A stretch of 64,000 nt of DNA from Candidatus Latescibacterota bacterium. GTDB lineage: Bacteria; Latescibacterota; UBA2968; UBA8231. The notes under the pieces are model-generated. The model was not told the DNA's origin and did no database searches. It saw only the letters and a list, made by a program, of their open reading frames with translations. The stretch's first letter is position 1. Every line of letters starts with the position of its first letter. Below are positions 17,761 through 27,781 of this stretch, in pieces. A program made the position numbers and the translations under genes. The DNA lies in assembly GCA_965217585.1 (NCBI GenBank), contig OZ244561.1:4800001-4864000 (forward strand), in the 5' to 3' direction.

Positions 17761-17814
17761 GGTTGCCTCAGAAGCCGTACTACCAGCGGCACCCCACATT
17801 CCATTTTGGCCTTC

Positions 17815-20800
17815 TCATTCATCTCGTGTCTTCCATCTTCCGGATGTCTTCTGGCCTTCCCGAATTTCCATCGGCTGCTTGAGAGTGTCAACGCTCAGAT
17901 AGTAGTGGGCGACCTTGATGACCTCGTGCCACGGGAACCGGGCCGGGTCTTTGACCGGCTCCTGAAGCTCTGGGGTACTGGCGCAGTTGGTCACCACGTA
18001 GAGCCAGTAGCAGTCGCGGCGATCCTCGGCGACGCGACGCTCGTTGGGCGTCAGCAGAATGCTGCCGGTGGCGGCGGCGAGACCTTTAATCTCGATCAGA
18101 CGCAACTCGCCGGACGCTGGATCGAGGCTAGTTATATCGTAGCCAAGATTCTTCTCGTGGACATCTTCGACCTGACGACCTTGCGAAATCTCGTACTCCA
18201 TGACCACTCGCATCGCCGTCATCTCAGTTTCGGGATGTGGACGCAGACGCCGGACATCGAGGGTGTCGCGTTCGGGATGGGGCAGGATCAAGACGCTGGC
18301 GAGCCGCTCAACTCCCTGCAAGGTCAGCGCCCGCTGCCGCTCAAATTCATCGCGCCGACGGTCGCGGCGCGCCATCACCTCGGCATGGCGGGCTTCGGCC
18401 TGCGCCAAGCGGCCCTCGGCACCGATTACGTTGTTATCCCTCTCCTCGGCGGCACGGCCAATCTCCTCATCGGTCCGCTGTAGAACCTCCGTCAAGGACA
18501 GTTTGACGTGATCGGCAATGCGCTCAACTTCGGCCAGACGCTCGGCGCGAACCTCGTTGATAAAAGCGACCAAGGCGTTTTCATTGAGCCAAGCGGTCGC
18601 CTCTGGTAGCGCGGCTACCGGCGGCAGATCGCCCGGAGCGGTGGTGGGGCTGAGATTGCCAAGGGCATCCGGCTCGCGGAGACAGGGAGATCCGTCATTG
18701 GTCAACTCCACGGTGAACAACCGTTCGTGAATGACGTGTCCGAGACCATCCACGACCCGCGCCCGGTAGAAATCGAGACGCGCCGGTGCTGCGTGCGCTA
18801 GGGAATGGAAACAGGCTCCCTTGGCAAAGGCATCCTGGCCGAGATTGAGACTGTGCCGGCGCAGGGCCTCAAACAGGGGATGCCCTGGGGTGACCCATTC
18901 GAGGTTGTGCTCCTCTGCTGTGTCGCGGTCCGTTGACAAGCGCGGATAGCGCATCGCTAGCTCTGGGAGTTTCCAGTCTGGATTGTGCTCGTATTCCTTC
19001 AATTTGGGTGGTATCCGCCCTGGATCGAAGGTATGCGCCAAGTGGCCCACCGGCTTCAGAGTTAGGGCCGCGTGTTGGGCGCACTCCGCGATGAATCGCG
19101 CAATGGTTTCGGGTACGACGCGCCGCTCTTGGGCCTTGGCTCGGCGCTCGACGAGCATGTCGAGGTTGAGCTTTTTAGAGGCCAAGCCTTCCAGTGCCGT
19201 CTGGCAGATGGCCCGGAAGTGGCCTTCATCCACGTCCTGCAAAAGCCGCTCTTCAAGGTCAGCGTCCCCCAACTTTTCCGCGTAGTAGTCCCGTAGCACG
19301 CGCTCCACGTGGGCGGACGGCAAGACTTCGCCGACCACGTTGAATACCGAGTCGTCATCGAGGGCGTCGCGAATCTCCTGGAGCTTGTCCAACAACCGCT
19401 GGAGCACCCGCCCCTCAATGGTGTTGGTTGCCACGAAGTTGAAGATCAGGCAATCGCGCCGCTGGCCGTAGCGGTGAATGCGGCCCATGCGCTGTTCGAG
19501 CCGGTTCGGATTCCAGGGGATGTCGTAGTTGAAGAGGATGTGGCAGCACTGAAGGTTGATGCCTTCCCCAGCCGCCTCGGTAGCCACCAAAACTTGGATG
19601 GCACCTTCGCGGAACTGCTGTTCGGTATAGAGCCGGCTTCCTGGTTCGTCGCGTGAGCCGGGCTTCATGCCGCCGTGGATGCAGCCGACGCTGAAGCCCC
19701 AGTCTCGCAAGCACTCCATCAGGTGGTCGAGGGTGTCCTTGAACTCGGTGAAGAGCAGCAGTTGCTGATCGGGCCGGTCGAAGAACCCCTCCTCCTGCAT
19801 GATTTTGCGGAGATGTCCGAGTTTCGCTTGGCTGCCCGAGTCTTCGGCGGCCTTGGCCTCTTCGGCAAGCTGGAGAAGTTCGCTGATCTCTTCGCGTATC
19901 TGCTCGGCGTTGCCAGCCAGCGTGATAGCCTCCAGCATCTCCTCTAAGCGCTCGCGCTCGGCATCTTCCAATTCCTCCAGCTCTTCTAGGTCGGGAAGGT
20001 CCGGCGGTGCAGTCCGCACCAACTCCTGGGCGCGCTTGAGTCCCTCCTCCAGACGCCGGGCGCGGTTTTCGAGCGACCGCCGCATAGCGTAGGTGCTGGA
20101 GGCGAGACGCCGCTGGTACAGCGACATCAGGAAACCGACCGCCCGAGCACGCGGGTTGTCGCCCTGCGCGGCGGCGCGAGCGCTCTGCCGTTTGACAAAC
20201 CGCGTGATCTTTTGGTAAAGCTCAAGCTCTGGACCATCTATAGCGAAGTCCGCGGTGCGTGGGATGCGCTTGGTGAAAACAGGCTTCGCAGTCCACGTTC
20301 CGTCCGTCTGGCGCTCCGGGAAGTACACCATCGCTTCCTTGGTGCGCCGCAGGTAAAAAGGCGCTCGCCTCCGTTCCATAGCCTCGCGGATTGAACTCAC
20401 ATCGGCGTAGGCATCCTGATCGAGCAGTTGCAGAAACAGCGTGAAATTCTGCGGATCGCCCTTGTGGGGCGTGGCGGTCAGCAGCAGTACGTGATCGGCG
20501 CTGTCGCGCAGCAATTCTCCCAGCCGGTAGCGCTGGCTCTTGTGGGTCTCGTCGCGCGCCGACATGCGGTGTGCCTCATCGACAATCACCAAATCCCAAC
20601 GCACCTGTTGCAGGCCGGGCAAGATCTCGGTGCGCTTGGCGAGGTCGAGCGAGGTGATGATCTGCTTTTGCTCCAGCCACTGGTTGACACCGAATTGATC
20701 GCGGATGTCGCTGCCTTTTAACACTAGGAACTTCTCGTCGAACTTTTCCTTGAGCTCACGCTGCCACTGGAACGTCAGGTTCGCGGGGCAGACGACGAGT

Positions 20801-21273
20801 ACCTGTTCGATGAGGCCCCGGAGCTTCAACTCGCGGATCAGAAGGCCGGCCATGATAGTCTTGCCCGCACCCGCATCGTCGGCGAGCAAGAAGCGCACGG
20901 TGGGCAGCTTGAGGAGGTGCTCGTACACCGCTTCGAGCTGGTGCGGTAGGGGATCTACGCGCGAGATGGAAAGCCCGAAATAGGGATCGAACTCGTAGGC
21001 GATGCCGAGCGCATAGGCTTGGAGGCCGATTCGCAAAAGCCGTCCATCGCCATTGTAGGAAAGAGCGGCCTCGGCGATGGTCAGGTTGGAAATGTCATCG
21101 GCAGTGAGCGTGACCTGACGGAACTGCTCGGACCGCTGGCCGACGAGGCCCGCCTCCACGTAATCAGTACCGTTCGCGCGAACGGTTACCACTCGCATTG
21201 GCTCGCTAAACAGCGGGCCGGTCAGAACCTGTCCTTCGCGGATGGCGGGTTCAACTACCACTTCACCACTCAA
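17815..21273 (-). CDS. SNF2-family helicase with C-terminal DUF3883 (NO VEIN) nuclease-like domain; alternative GTG start at 21261
   Basis: LLADDAGAGKT, DEAH, TATPH, EGINLQ, EQRMGRIHR; C-terminal GYDITS..IEIKG. Confidence 0.93.
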   Translation of the reverse strand: MSGEVVVEPAIREGQVLTGPLFSEPMRVVTVRANGTDYVEAGLVGQRSEQFRQVTLTADDISNLTIAEAALSYNGDGRLLRIGLQAYALGIAYEFDPYFGLSISRVDPLPHQLEAVYEHLLKLPTVRFLLADDAGAGKTIMAGLLIRELKLRGLIEQVLVVCPANLTFQWQRELKEKFDEKFLVLKGSDIRDQFGVNQWLEQKQIITSLDLAKRTEILPGLQQVRWDLVIVDEAHRMSARDETHKSQRYRLGELLRDSADHVLLLTATPHKGDPQNFTLFLQLLDQDAYADVSSIREAMERRRAPFYLRRTKEAMVYFPERQTDGTWTAKPVFTKRIPRTADFAIDGPELELYQKITRFVKRQSARAAAQGDNPRARAVGFLMSLYQRRLASSTYAMRRSLENRARRLEEGLKRAQELVRTAPPDLPDLEELEELEDAERERLEEMLEAITLAGNAEQIREEISELLQLAEEAKAAEDSGSQAKLGHLRKIMQEEGFFDRPDQQLLLFTEFKDTLDHLMECLRDWGFSVGCIHGGMKPGSRDEPGSRLYTEQQFREGAIQVLVATEAAGEGINLQCCHILFNYDIPWNPNRLEQRMGRIHRYGQRRDCLIFNFVATNTIEGRVLQRLLDKLQEIRDALDDDSVFNVVGEVLPSAHVERVLRDYYAEKLGDADLEERLLQDVDEGHFRAICQTALEGLASKKLNLDMLVERRAKAQERRVVPETIARFIAECAQHAALTLKPVGHLAHTFDPGRIPPKLKEYEHNPDWKLPELAMRYPRLSTDRDTAEEHNLEWVTPGHPLFEALRRHSLNLGQDAFAKGACFHSLAHAAPARLDFYRARVVDGLGHVIHERLFTVELTNDGSPCLREPDALGNLSPTTAPGDLPPVAALPEATAWLNENALVAFINEVRAERLAEVERIADHVKLSLTEVLQRTDEEIGRAAEERDNNVIGAEGRLAQAEARHAEVMARRDRRRDEFERQRALTLQGVERLASVLILPHPERDTLDVRRLRPHPETEMTAMRVVMEYEISQGRQVEDVHEKNLGYDITSLDPASGELRLIEIKGLAAATGSILLTPNERRVAEDRRDCYWLYVVTNCASTPELQEPVKDPARFPWHEVIKVAHYYLSVDTLKQPMEIREGQKTSGRWKTRDE

Positions 21274-22375
21274 AAAGCTCGCCCGCTTCCATCGTCAGCT
21301 CGCGGCCCTGACCGCCGTCCTCTCGCACCACGAGCTGGCCCTCGGCGTATCCGACATCGGCGACGCCGGCGAAGTCGGCGGGAATCTCCATGAGAAAGTT
21401 GGCATAGGTGAAAACCTGGGTCTCGTCGGCGTCGATAAAGCGCAAGATTGGCCGGCCAAATATATGGCCCTTTTGCACGAGTACTGGTCCGGGTTGGTGC
21501 AGACCGGTGGTACCAAACTCCAAGCCACGCGCAAAGGGCTTGCCGTCCCGGACGTGCCGCCAAGCGTCGAACCAAGGGTATTCCTCCATCGGCCAGATAT
21601 AGCCAATCAGCAATCCCGCGCTGGCATTGATGGCGGTGGTCCAGCCGTATTCTTCGTCAATTATATACGAAACGACCGCTGGCGAAGCGTCGTCGGTTAG
21701 GCCGCGAATATCGACCTCGGTGCCGTCCTTTTTGAGTGCATGGGGCCAGCGCACCTCTGGGTCTTCCGGCGTCGGCATGGGCGTTTCCTGCATAAAGCCG
21801 CGCGTGCCATTGGCATCAACGCGGGTGCTCTCGTCCAAAAAGGGCGGACCAATGGTCGGATGCTGGACGATGTTGTACACGCGGCCCAAATGGCGGGTGT
21901 TGGTAACGGCCTCGGCGACCGCAAAGACCGCCTGATCCTGATCCATGCGAATCGAGCGCGCGACCTTGAGGCCGGCCAAGGGCAGCTCGGCTGACATTTG
22001 GGCCATGAGGTAGCCGTCCTCTGCGCGTGAGTCCTCATCCAAGGTCCACCACACGCGCGTGGCCTCGCCGTGCCAGCCCATGCCGTGGGCCTGCTCGGCT
22101 TTGGTGGCTGGTCCCCAGCGGTCGAGGCAGAGGAAATGCCCCATCGAGCGCGGCTCCATCGGCGGCGCTTGATCGGGGGTATCGCCGAAGGACCAAGAGT
22201 CCCATTGCAGGGGGTTGAGCGGGTTGCTTTTGAGGTGGAAATCGGCAATGGAGCCGCCGCCTAAATCGACGACTAACATCGCTGCTTGGCCGTCGAGCAC
22301 GAGGCGGGGGCGGTCTTCGGCCGTGCCATGCGAGGCCGTCCAGAGGAGGGCGACGAGGAAGAGGGACCATCTCAT
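21263..22375 (-). CDS. Secreted hypothetical protein, probable galactose mutarotase-like fold
   Basis: Signal peptide; HGEA, HPT, RGLEF motifs. Confidence 0.6.
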   Translation of the reverse strand: MRWSLFLVALLWTASHGTAEDRPRLVLDGQAAMLVVDLGGGSIADFHLKSNPLNPLQWDSWSFGDTPDQAPPMEPRSMGHFLCLDRWGPATKAEQAHGMGWHGEATRVWWTLDEDSRAEDGYLMAQMSAELPLAGLKVARSIRMDQDQAVFAVAEAVTNTRHLGRVYNIVQHPTIGPPFLDESTRVDANGTRGFMQETPMPTPEDPEVRWPHALKKDGTEVDIRGLTDDASPAVVSYIIDEEYGWTTAINASAGLLIGYIWPMEEYPWFDAWRHVRDGKPFARGLEFGTTGLHQPGPVLVQKGHIFGRPILRFIDADETQVFTYANFLMEIPADFAGVADVGYAEGQLVVREDGGQGRELTMEAGELFEW

Positions 22376-22473
22376 TATAGGTGCTCCTTTTATTGGTGAG
22401 GGGATGGCAAACGGGACGTAACAACGTACTAGAAATTGACAGGGGGCAAAAGACGGTGGATGTTGTTTCTGGT

Positions 22474-22629
22474 ATGAGAGTTCTTCTGGTCACCACCCTC
22501 GCCATCTTCGTCCTAAGCGGTTGCCAAGTGGCACGCGTACGCATCTTTGGCAGCGGACGACGATGGCGAGGCGCAGCGGCTAGACCCGCGGGCCGAGTGG
22601 TGCGCGTACGCATCCTTGGCGGCGAATGA
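22474..22629 (+). CDS. Possible small lipoprotein with an internal repeat
   Basis: MRVLLVTTLAIFVLSGC lipobox; imperfect ~38-bp direct repeat at 22527 and 22596. Confidence 0.35.
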   Translation: MRVLLVTTLAIFVLSGCQVARVRIFGSGRRWRGAAARPAGRVVRVRILGGE

Positions 22630-22665
22630 TGTGCGCTCGCGCCTGCAAACCTTGCAACAGGAGAA

Positions 22666-23535
22666 ATGATGATCGACTTAGTGGCTTTTGACCTCGACGG
22701 CACGGTGCTCGACTCAGAAGGGCGGCTGGCGGCTTCGGCTGTGGCGGCCATCGAGGAACTGATTGTGCGCGACATACCTACAGCTAGCGTCAGCGGGCGC
22801 AGCATCCGCCGCAGTCAATACCCTTTTGCGGCCTACCCCGCACTGGCGCGGGCGCTCTACATAGGTGGCTACAATGGCTCGGTGGTTCTCGGCCCAGGTG
22901 TGGGCGCGGAGCGAGAGGTGCTGCGCGAGGAGCGGTTGGACGAGGCATCCTTTGCCCAGATAGTCGAATACGGGTGCGCAGAGGGGCTAAACCTGATCTA
23001 CTGTCTGTTTGAACGCACGGTCGCCGGGGTCGCCGAGGAATACCGGTACGTCCGGCCCATGAATTACCTCGAATCGTTCGAAGAGCCGGGCATGGTGCGC
23101 GACGCCGATCTATACGCACGCTGCCAGAGCGGTGAACTGGGCACACCACCCAAGATCATGCTGGAAGTAGAACCGAAGCGGAGAGAACAGCACATCGCCG
23201 ATATCGAGGCGCTATGCGGAGATCAGATCTATGTGGCTTGGGCGAATCCCGGTATGGTGGAATTTATGCGCCGGGGAGTGAATAAGGGCGTGGCCCTGCG
23301 GACGCTAACCGAGCGGATAGGTGGACGTGCAGAGCGCATCTTGGCGATAGGGGATGCGAACAACGACTTGCCCATGTTGCGCGCGGCGGGGATCGGGGTG
23401 TTGCTGGGGAATGCAAAGGCCGAGGTGCAGGCGGCCGTGGCCGGGGATGGGGTGCGGATTGGACCGAGTTTTGCCGAGGATGGATTTGCCAAAGTGGTGC
23501 GGGAATACGCGCTGGATGGACAGGAGCCGAAATGA
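22666..23535 (+). CDS. Cof-type HAD-IIB hydrolase
   Basis: DLDGT, SGR, VNKG, GDANND motifs. Confidence 0.92.
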   Translation: MMIDLVAFDLDGTVLDSEGRLAASAVAAIEELIVRDIPTASVSGRSIRRSQYPFAAYPALARALYIGGYNGSVVLGPGVGAEREVLREERLDEASFAQIVEYGCAEGLNLIYCLFERTVAGVAEEYRYVRPMNYLESFEEPGMVRDADLYARCQSGELGTPPKIMLEVEPKRREQHIADIEALCGDQIYVAWANPGMVEFMRRGVNKGVALRTLTERIGGRAERILAIGDANNDLPMLRAAGIGVLLGNAKAEVQAAVAGDGVRIGPSFAEDGFAKVVREYALDGQEPK

Positions 23536-24239
23536 TGCAGGTATTTTGCGGGATCGCGCTGTGTGTTGCCGTTGCGGCTTCGGCTTTGGCCCAAGAAAAG
23601 CAAGCCGCGGCCGACTCCCTCAAGGGCGGGGAGATGGTAAAAATCACGAGGGAAAATCACAGGTTTTACATAGATAAATACGAGGTGACCAACGAGGAGT
23701 ACGCAGCGTTTCTGACCGAGGAGGGAAACGCCAAGGTGGAAGGCATGTACTGGGTGGAGTTGGGGAGTCAATATACGGCACTGGTGGAGGAGGACGGCGT
23801 GTACAAGGTCAAAGAAGGATTTGCGCGGCATCCGGTCATCGAGGTGTCGTGGTACGGGGCGATGGCCTATTGCCAGTGGGCGGGCAAGCGCTTGGCGATG
23901 CAGGAGGAATGGTACTTTGCCTGCGCGGGAACGGAAGGGCTAAAGTACCCGTGGGGGGAGGATTTTGAGAAGGGACGCGCCAACATCTTCGGAGACAAGG
24001 ATGGCTATGGGCGAACTGCGCCGGTGGGATCCTTTCCGAGTGGAGCTAGCCCCTTTGGACTCTTGGATATGGGCGGCAATGTGTGGGAGTGGACGCAAGG
24101 AGGCGAGAAATTGCAGTTCCTGCGCGGGGGATCGTGGATCAACGGCCCTACCTTGACCCAGTGTAACAAGCGAGCCAATACCAAGGATTCGCACTCGTAC
24201 ATCAAGGGCAACACCATAGGCTTCCGCTGCGCCCGCTAA
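23532..24239 (+). CDS. Secreted SUMF1/FGE-sulfatase domain protein
   Basis: FYIDKYEVTN, PV..VSW, DMGGNVWEW, RGGSW, GFRC. Confidence 0.92.
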   Translation: MMQVFCGIALCVAVAASALAQEKQAAADSLKGGEMVKITRENHRFYIDKYEVTNEEYAAFLTEEGNAKVEGMYWVELGSQYTALVEEDGVYKVKEGFARHPVIEVSWYGAMAYCQWAGKRLAMQEEWYFACAGTEGLKYPWGEDFEKGRANIFGDKDGYGRTAPVGSFPSGASPFGLLDMGGNVWEWTQGGEKLQFLRGGSWINGPTLTQCNKRANTKDSHSYIKGNTIGFRCAR

Positions 24240-24243
24240 GTCT

Positions 24244-25851
24244 ATGGTGCTCGTCTTTTTGTTGCTCGCCGTCGCCAGCGCCCAGGCCGATCCCTTCTTC
24301 GTGGATGCGACGCGAGAAGCCGGCCTAGACTATCCCACCGTCAATGGCGGCCCGCACAAGCGCTTCATCCTCGAATCCACCGGCAGCGGCGCAGCGTTTT
24401 TCGATTACGACGGCGACGGCGATCTCGATCTCTATGTCGTGGATGGCTCGACCTATGCTCACTACTGTGCGGGGCCGGGCAATGTACTCTACCGCAACGA
24501 CGGCGGAGCCTTTGTGGCGGTTGCAGCCGGCGTCGAGGATCGCGGTTGGGGCATGGGGGTGGCTGTGGGCGATTACGACAGCGACGGACAGCGCGATCTC
24601 TATGTGACCAACTACGGGACCAATGCGCTCTATCGCAGTCGTGGCGATGGTGCCTTTGCCGCGGTCACAGCGCAGGCTGGGGTTGCCGGCGATGACTTTA
24701 GCACGAGCGCGGCATTTTTCGACTACGATCAAGACGGCGACCTCGACCTCTACGTTGCCAACTACGTGGTCTTCGACATCGAGCCGGTGCTGCAAGACCC
24801 GGCATTGGAGGATCCCTGCATCTATTTGGGCGGGCTGCGGGTCTTTTGCGGCCCGCAGGGCATGGAAGGCGGGCGGGACCGGCTCTACCGCAACGATGGC
24901 GAGGCTTTTGCCGACGTCACGGCCGCATCCGGCGTGGCCGCGGCCAATTCCTACTACGGCTTGGGCGTGGTGCCCGCAGACTTTGACCTCGACGGCGACC
25001 TGGACCTGTTCGTGGCCAACGACGAGACCCCCAATGTGCTGTTCCGCAACGACGGCGGTCGCTTGGGCGACATCGGCTTGGAGGCCGGCGTGGCGTACAA
25101 CGGCGACGGCGAACCCGAGGCGAGCATGGGGGTGGATGCGGGCGATTGCGACGGCGACGGCGACCTCGACCTCTATGTGACCAACTTCTACGGCGAGACC
25201 AACACGCTCTATTTGAACTCGGGCGGCGGGACCTTTATTGACGCTACGAGTGAGCGCGGCTTGGCCGCTTCGACCGTGGGCTATCTCGGCTGGGGCACGC
25301 GCTTTTTCGACTTTGACTTCGACGGCGACTTGGACCTGTTCGTAGCCAATGGCCACGTCTATCCCCAAGTCGATCACGCTAGCGCCGGGGGCACGTACGC
25401 CCAGCGCAATCAACTTTTCGCCAACGAGGGGACGGGCGTCTTCGCTGCGGTGGAAGGGGCCGGCCCTGGGCTGCTGGTGCAGAAGTCGAGCCGCGCGACC
25501 ATCAGCGGCGACTACGACCAAGACGGCGATGTCGATCTGTTCACAACCAATATCGACGACAGCCCGACGCTCTTGCGCAATGAGACGCGCGCTGGTCGTT
25601 ATCTCGTGGTGCAAATAGAACCGGAAGTCGTCGGCACTTGGGTGCGGCTGGTGGCGGGAGGGCGAACGCAGGTGCGGTCGGTCGGCGGGGCGGCGAGCTA
25701 TTTGGGACACAACGACGCGCGCCTCCACTTTGGCGTGGGCCGGGCCGAGCGCGTGGAGCGCGTAGAGGTGCGGTGGCCCGATGGCGCAGTGACGCAGTTG
25801 GAGGATTTGCCGGTGGATGAGGTGGTGGTGGTGAAGAGCGGGGGCAATTGA
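24244..25851 (+). CDS. CRTAC1-family FG-GAP repeat protein with ASPIC/UnbV domain
   Basis: Multiple DYDxDGDLDL repeats; LHFG.G..VEVRWPDG. Confidence 0.92.
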   Translation: MVLVFLLLAVASAQADPFFVDATREAGLDYPTVNGGPHKRFILESTGSGAAFFDYDGDGDLDLYVVDGSTYAHYCAGPGNVLYRNDGGAFVAVAAGVEDRGWGMGVAVGDYDSDGQRDLYVTNYGTNALYRSRGDGAFAAVTAQAGVAGDDFSTSAAFFDYDQDGDLDLYVANYVVFDIEPVLQDPALEDPCIYLGGLRVFCGPQGMEGGRDRLYRNDGEAFADVTAASGVAAANSYYGLGVVPADFDLDGDLDLFVANDETPNVLFRNDGGRLGDIGLEAGVAYNGDGEPEASMGVDAGDCDGDGDLDLYVTNFYGETNTLYLNSGGGTFIDATSERGLAASTVGYLGWGTRFFDFDFDGDLDLFVANGHVYPQVDHASAGGTYAQRNQLFANEGTGVFAAVEGAGPGLLVQKSSRATISGDYDQDGDVDLFTTNIDDSPTLLRNETRAGRYLVVQIEPEVVGTWVRLVAGGRTQVRSVGGAASYLGHNDARLHFGVGRAERVERVEVRWPDGAVTQLEDLPVDEVVVVKSGGN

Positions 25852-25910
25852 CGGGGCGATTTTTATTCCCTAGTTTTAATACTTTTCAAAATTCACCTCT
25901 ACATATACTC

Positions 25911-26921
25911 ATGTCTTGGAATTTTGTCGTCAAAAGGGTCGCCCTTTTCCTGATCGTAGTGTGGGCAGCGGCGAGCGTGAACTTCTTTGTGCCGCGGCTA
26001 GGCACGGGCCGCGATCCCATCCGCGAGAAGCTCGGCCAGCTAGCGGCCAGCGGAGGATTGCGCCAAGACGGCATTGAGGCCATGGTAAAGGCCTATCAGG
26101 CCAAGTTCGGCCTCGACAAGCCGCTTCACGTCCAATACCTCAACTTTCTCAGCGACACCTTTACGCTCGACTTGGGCTATTCGCTAGCCAACTATCCGGC
26201 CCGCGTCGGGCAGATCATCGGCAACGCCATCCCCTGGACCATTGGGCTGATGATCGTTTCGGTGCTGATCGGGTTTGCCTTGGGCACGCTCATGGGGGCG
26301 CTGGCGGCTTGGCCGACGGCACCACGCTTTATGCGCAACTTGGCGGTGCCGATGATGACCCTGTCGGCGATTCCGCCCTATCTGCTGGGGCTGATCGTGC
26401 TCTACATATTGGGTCTCAAGCTAAACCTCTTTCCGCTTTCGGGCGGGTACTCGCCTGGTATGTTGGCGATCTTCAACTTCTCCTTTGCCCTCGACGTGTT
26501 GCACCATTCGATTCTGCCGGCAATGGCCATTGTCTTGCAGCAGATCGGCTTCTGGGCGCTGGGGATGCGGGGGATGATGGTCACGACCTCGGGCGAGGAT
26601 TACATCACGCTGGCCGAGGCCAATGGTCTGCGCAACCGCACGATCTTCTTCCGCTTCGGCCTGCGCAACGCCCTGCTGCCGCAACTCACGGCGCTGGGGC
26701 TGTCGCTGGCCAACGTGGTCGCCGGCCAGGTTATCGTCGAGGTAATTTTCGCCTATCCGGGGATCGGCACGGTGCTCTTTCAGGCCATCCAAGCCTCGGA
26801 TTATACGGTCATCAACGGCGTGGTGCTGATTCTCATCATGTCCATCGGTTCGGTGACCCTGCTGATGGATTTCTTCTATCCGCTGCTCGACCCGCGGATT
26901 TCCCACAGCCGCCACCACTAG
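25911..26921 (+). CDS. Peptide/oligosaccharide ABC transporter permease (DppB/OppB family)
   Basis: DP..., FGLDKPL..QY, DLGYS, EAA loop DYITLAEANGL. Confidence 0.92.
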   Translation: MSWNFVVKRVALFLIVVWAAASVNFFVPRLGTGRDPIREKLGQLAASGGLRQDGIEAMVKAYQAKFGLDKPLHVQYLNFLSDTFTLDLGYSLANYPARVGQIIGNAIPWTIGLMIVSVLIGFALGTLMGALAAWPTAPRFMRNLAVPMMTLSAIPPYLLGLIVLYILGLKLNLFPLSGGYSPGMLAIFNFSFALDVLHHSILPAMAIVLQQIGFWALGMRGMMVTTSGEDYITLAEANGLRNRTIFFRFGLRNALLPQLTALGLSLANVVAGQVIVEVIFAYPGIGTVLFQAIQASDYTVINGVVLILIMSIGSVTLLMDFFYPLLDPRISHSRHH

Positions 26922-26923
26922 CC

Positions 26924-27781
26924 ATGCACCGCTTCGACCAAATTCTCTACTACTTGCGCGAAAGCCCCATGCTCGCGGCCGGCTTGTGCATGATCCTGTT
27001 GGTGGTGCTCTTCGGGGTCTTGGGGCCGATCTTCGTCGATACCTCGCAGGCCCAGCCGCTGGCCACGCCGCCGCGGCAAGCGCCCTCGCTGGAGTACCCC
27101 TTTGGCACCGACGACTCCGGCCGCAACCTCCTCGCCGTGATGGTGGTGGGGGTGCCGCTGACCATGCGGATTGGTCTGTTGGCCGGCACGGTGGGGCTGG
27201 GGCTAGGCATTTTCCTCGGCTTTACGAGCGGTTATATGGGCGGCAAGATCGACACGGTCATCCGCGGCTTCGTGGATACGCTGCTGACCGTACCCGGCCT
27301 CGTGGTGCTGGTCTCCATCGCCTCGACGATCCGCGAGGAAATCAGCGTCAACATCATGGCCTTGGTGGTGGCTTCGCTGGCGTGGATGTGGCCGACGCGG
27401 ACGATTCGCTCGCAGGTCTTGACCATGCGCGAGCGGGCGTACGTGCAGATGGCCCAGCTCAACGGCATGAGCAATGCCGAGATCATCTGGAAGGAGCTTT
27501 TCCCCAATCTGCTGCCCTACCTCGCGGCCAATTTTACCAATGCCGTCAACTGGGCCATTCTCTCGTCAATCGGCCTAGAGGCCCTCGGCTTGGGGCCGCA
27601 GAACGATCCAACGGTTGGCATGACCATTTATTGGGCCATCACGTTCAGCGCGCTCATCCGCGGCATGTGGTGGTGGTGGGCAATTCCAATCTTCTTTATC
27701 GGCGTGATCTTCGTCGGCCTGTTGCTGACCGCGGCCGGTTTGGATGAGCTGGCCAACCCCAAACAGCGCAAGGCCGTATGA
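26924..27781 (+). CDS. ABC transporter permease (DppC/OppC family)
   Basis: PFGTDDSGR, RSQVL..RERAYV..A. Confidence 0.92.
   Translation: MHRFDQILYYLRESPMLAAGLCMILLVVLFGVLGPIFVDTSQAQPLATPPRQAPSLEYPFGTDDSGRNLLAVMVVGVPLTMRIGLLAGTVGLGLGIFLGFTSGYMGGKIDTVIRGFVDTLLTVPGLVVLVSIASTIREEISVNIMALVVASLAWMWPTRTIRSQVLTMRERAYVQMAQLNGMSNAEIIWKELFPNLLPYLAANFTNAVNWAILSSIGLEALGLGPQNDPTVGMTIYWAITFSALIRGMWWWWAIPIFFIGVIFVGLLLTAAGLDELANPKQRKAV

Noticed and set aside
3176-21273. BREX, DISARM or prophage/ICE assignment
   Set aside because: No pglZ, brxA/B/L, drmA/B, integrase, phage structural or conjugation genes
26309-26923. Long N-terminal extension of the second permease
   Set aside because: It overlaps the first permease out of frame; the real start is 26924
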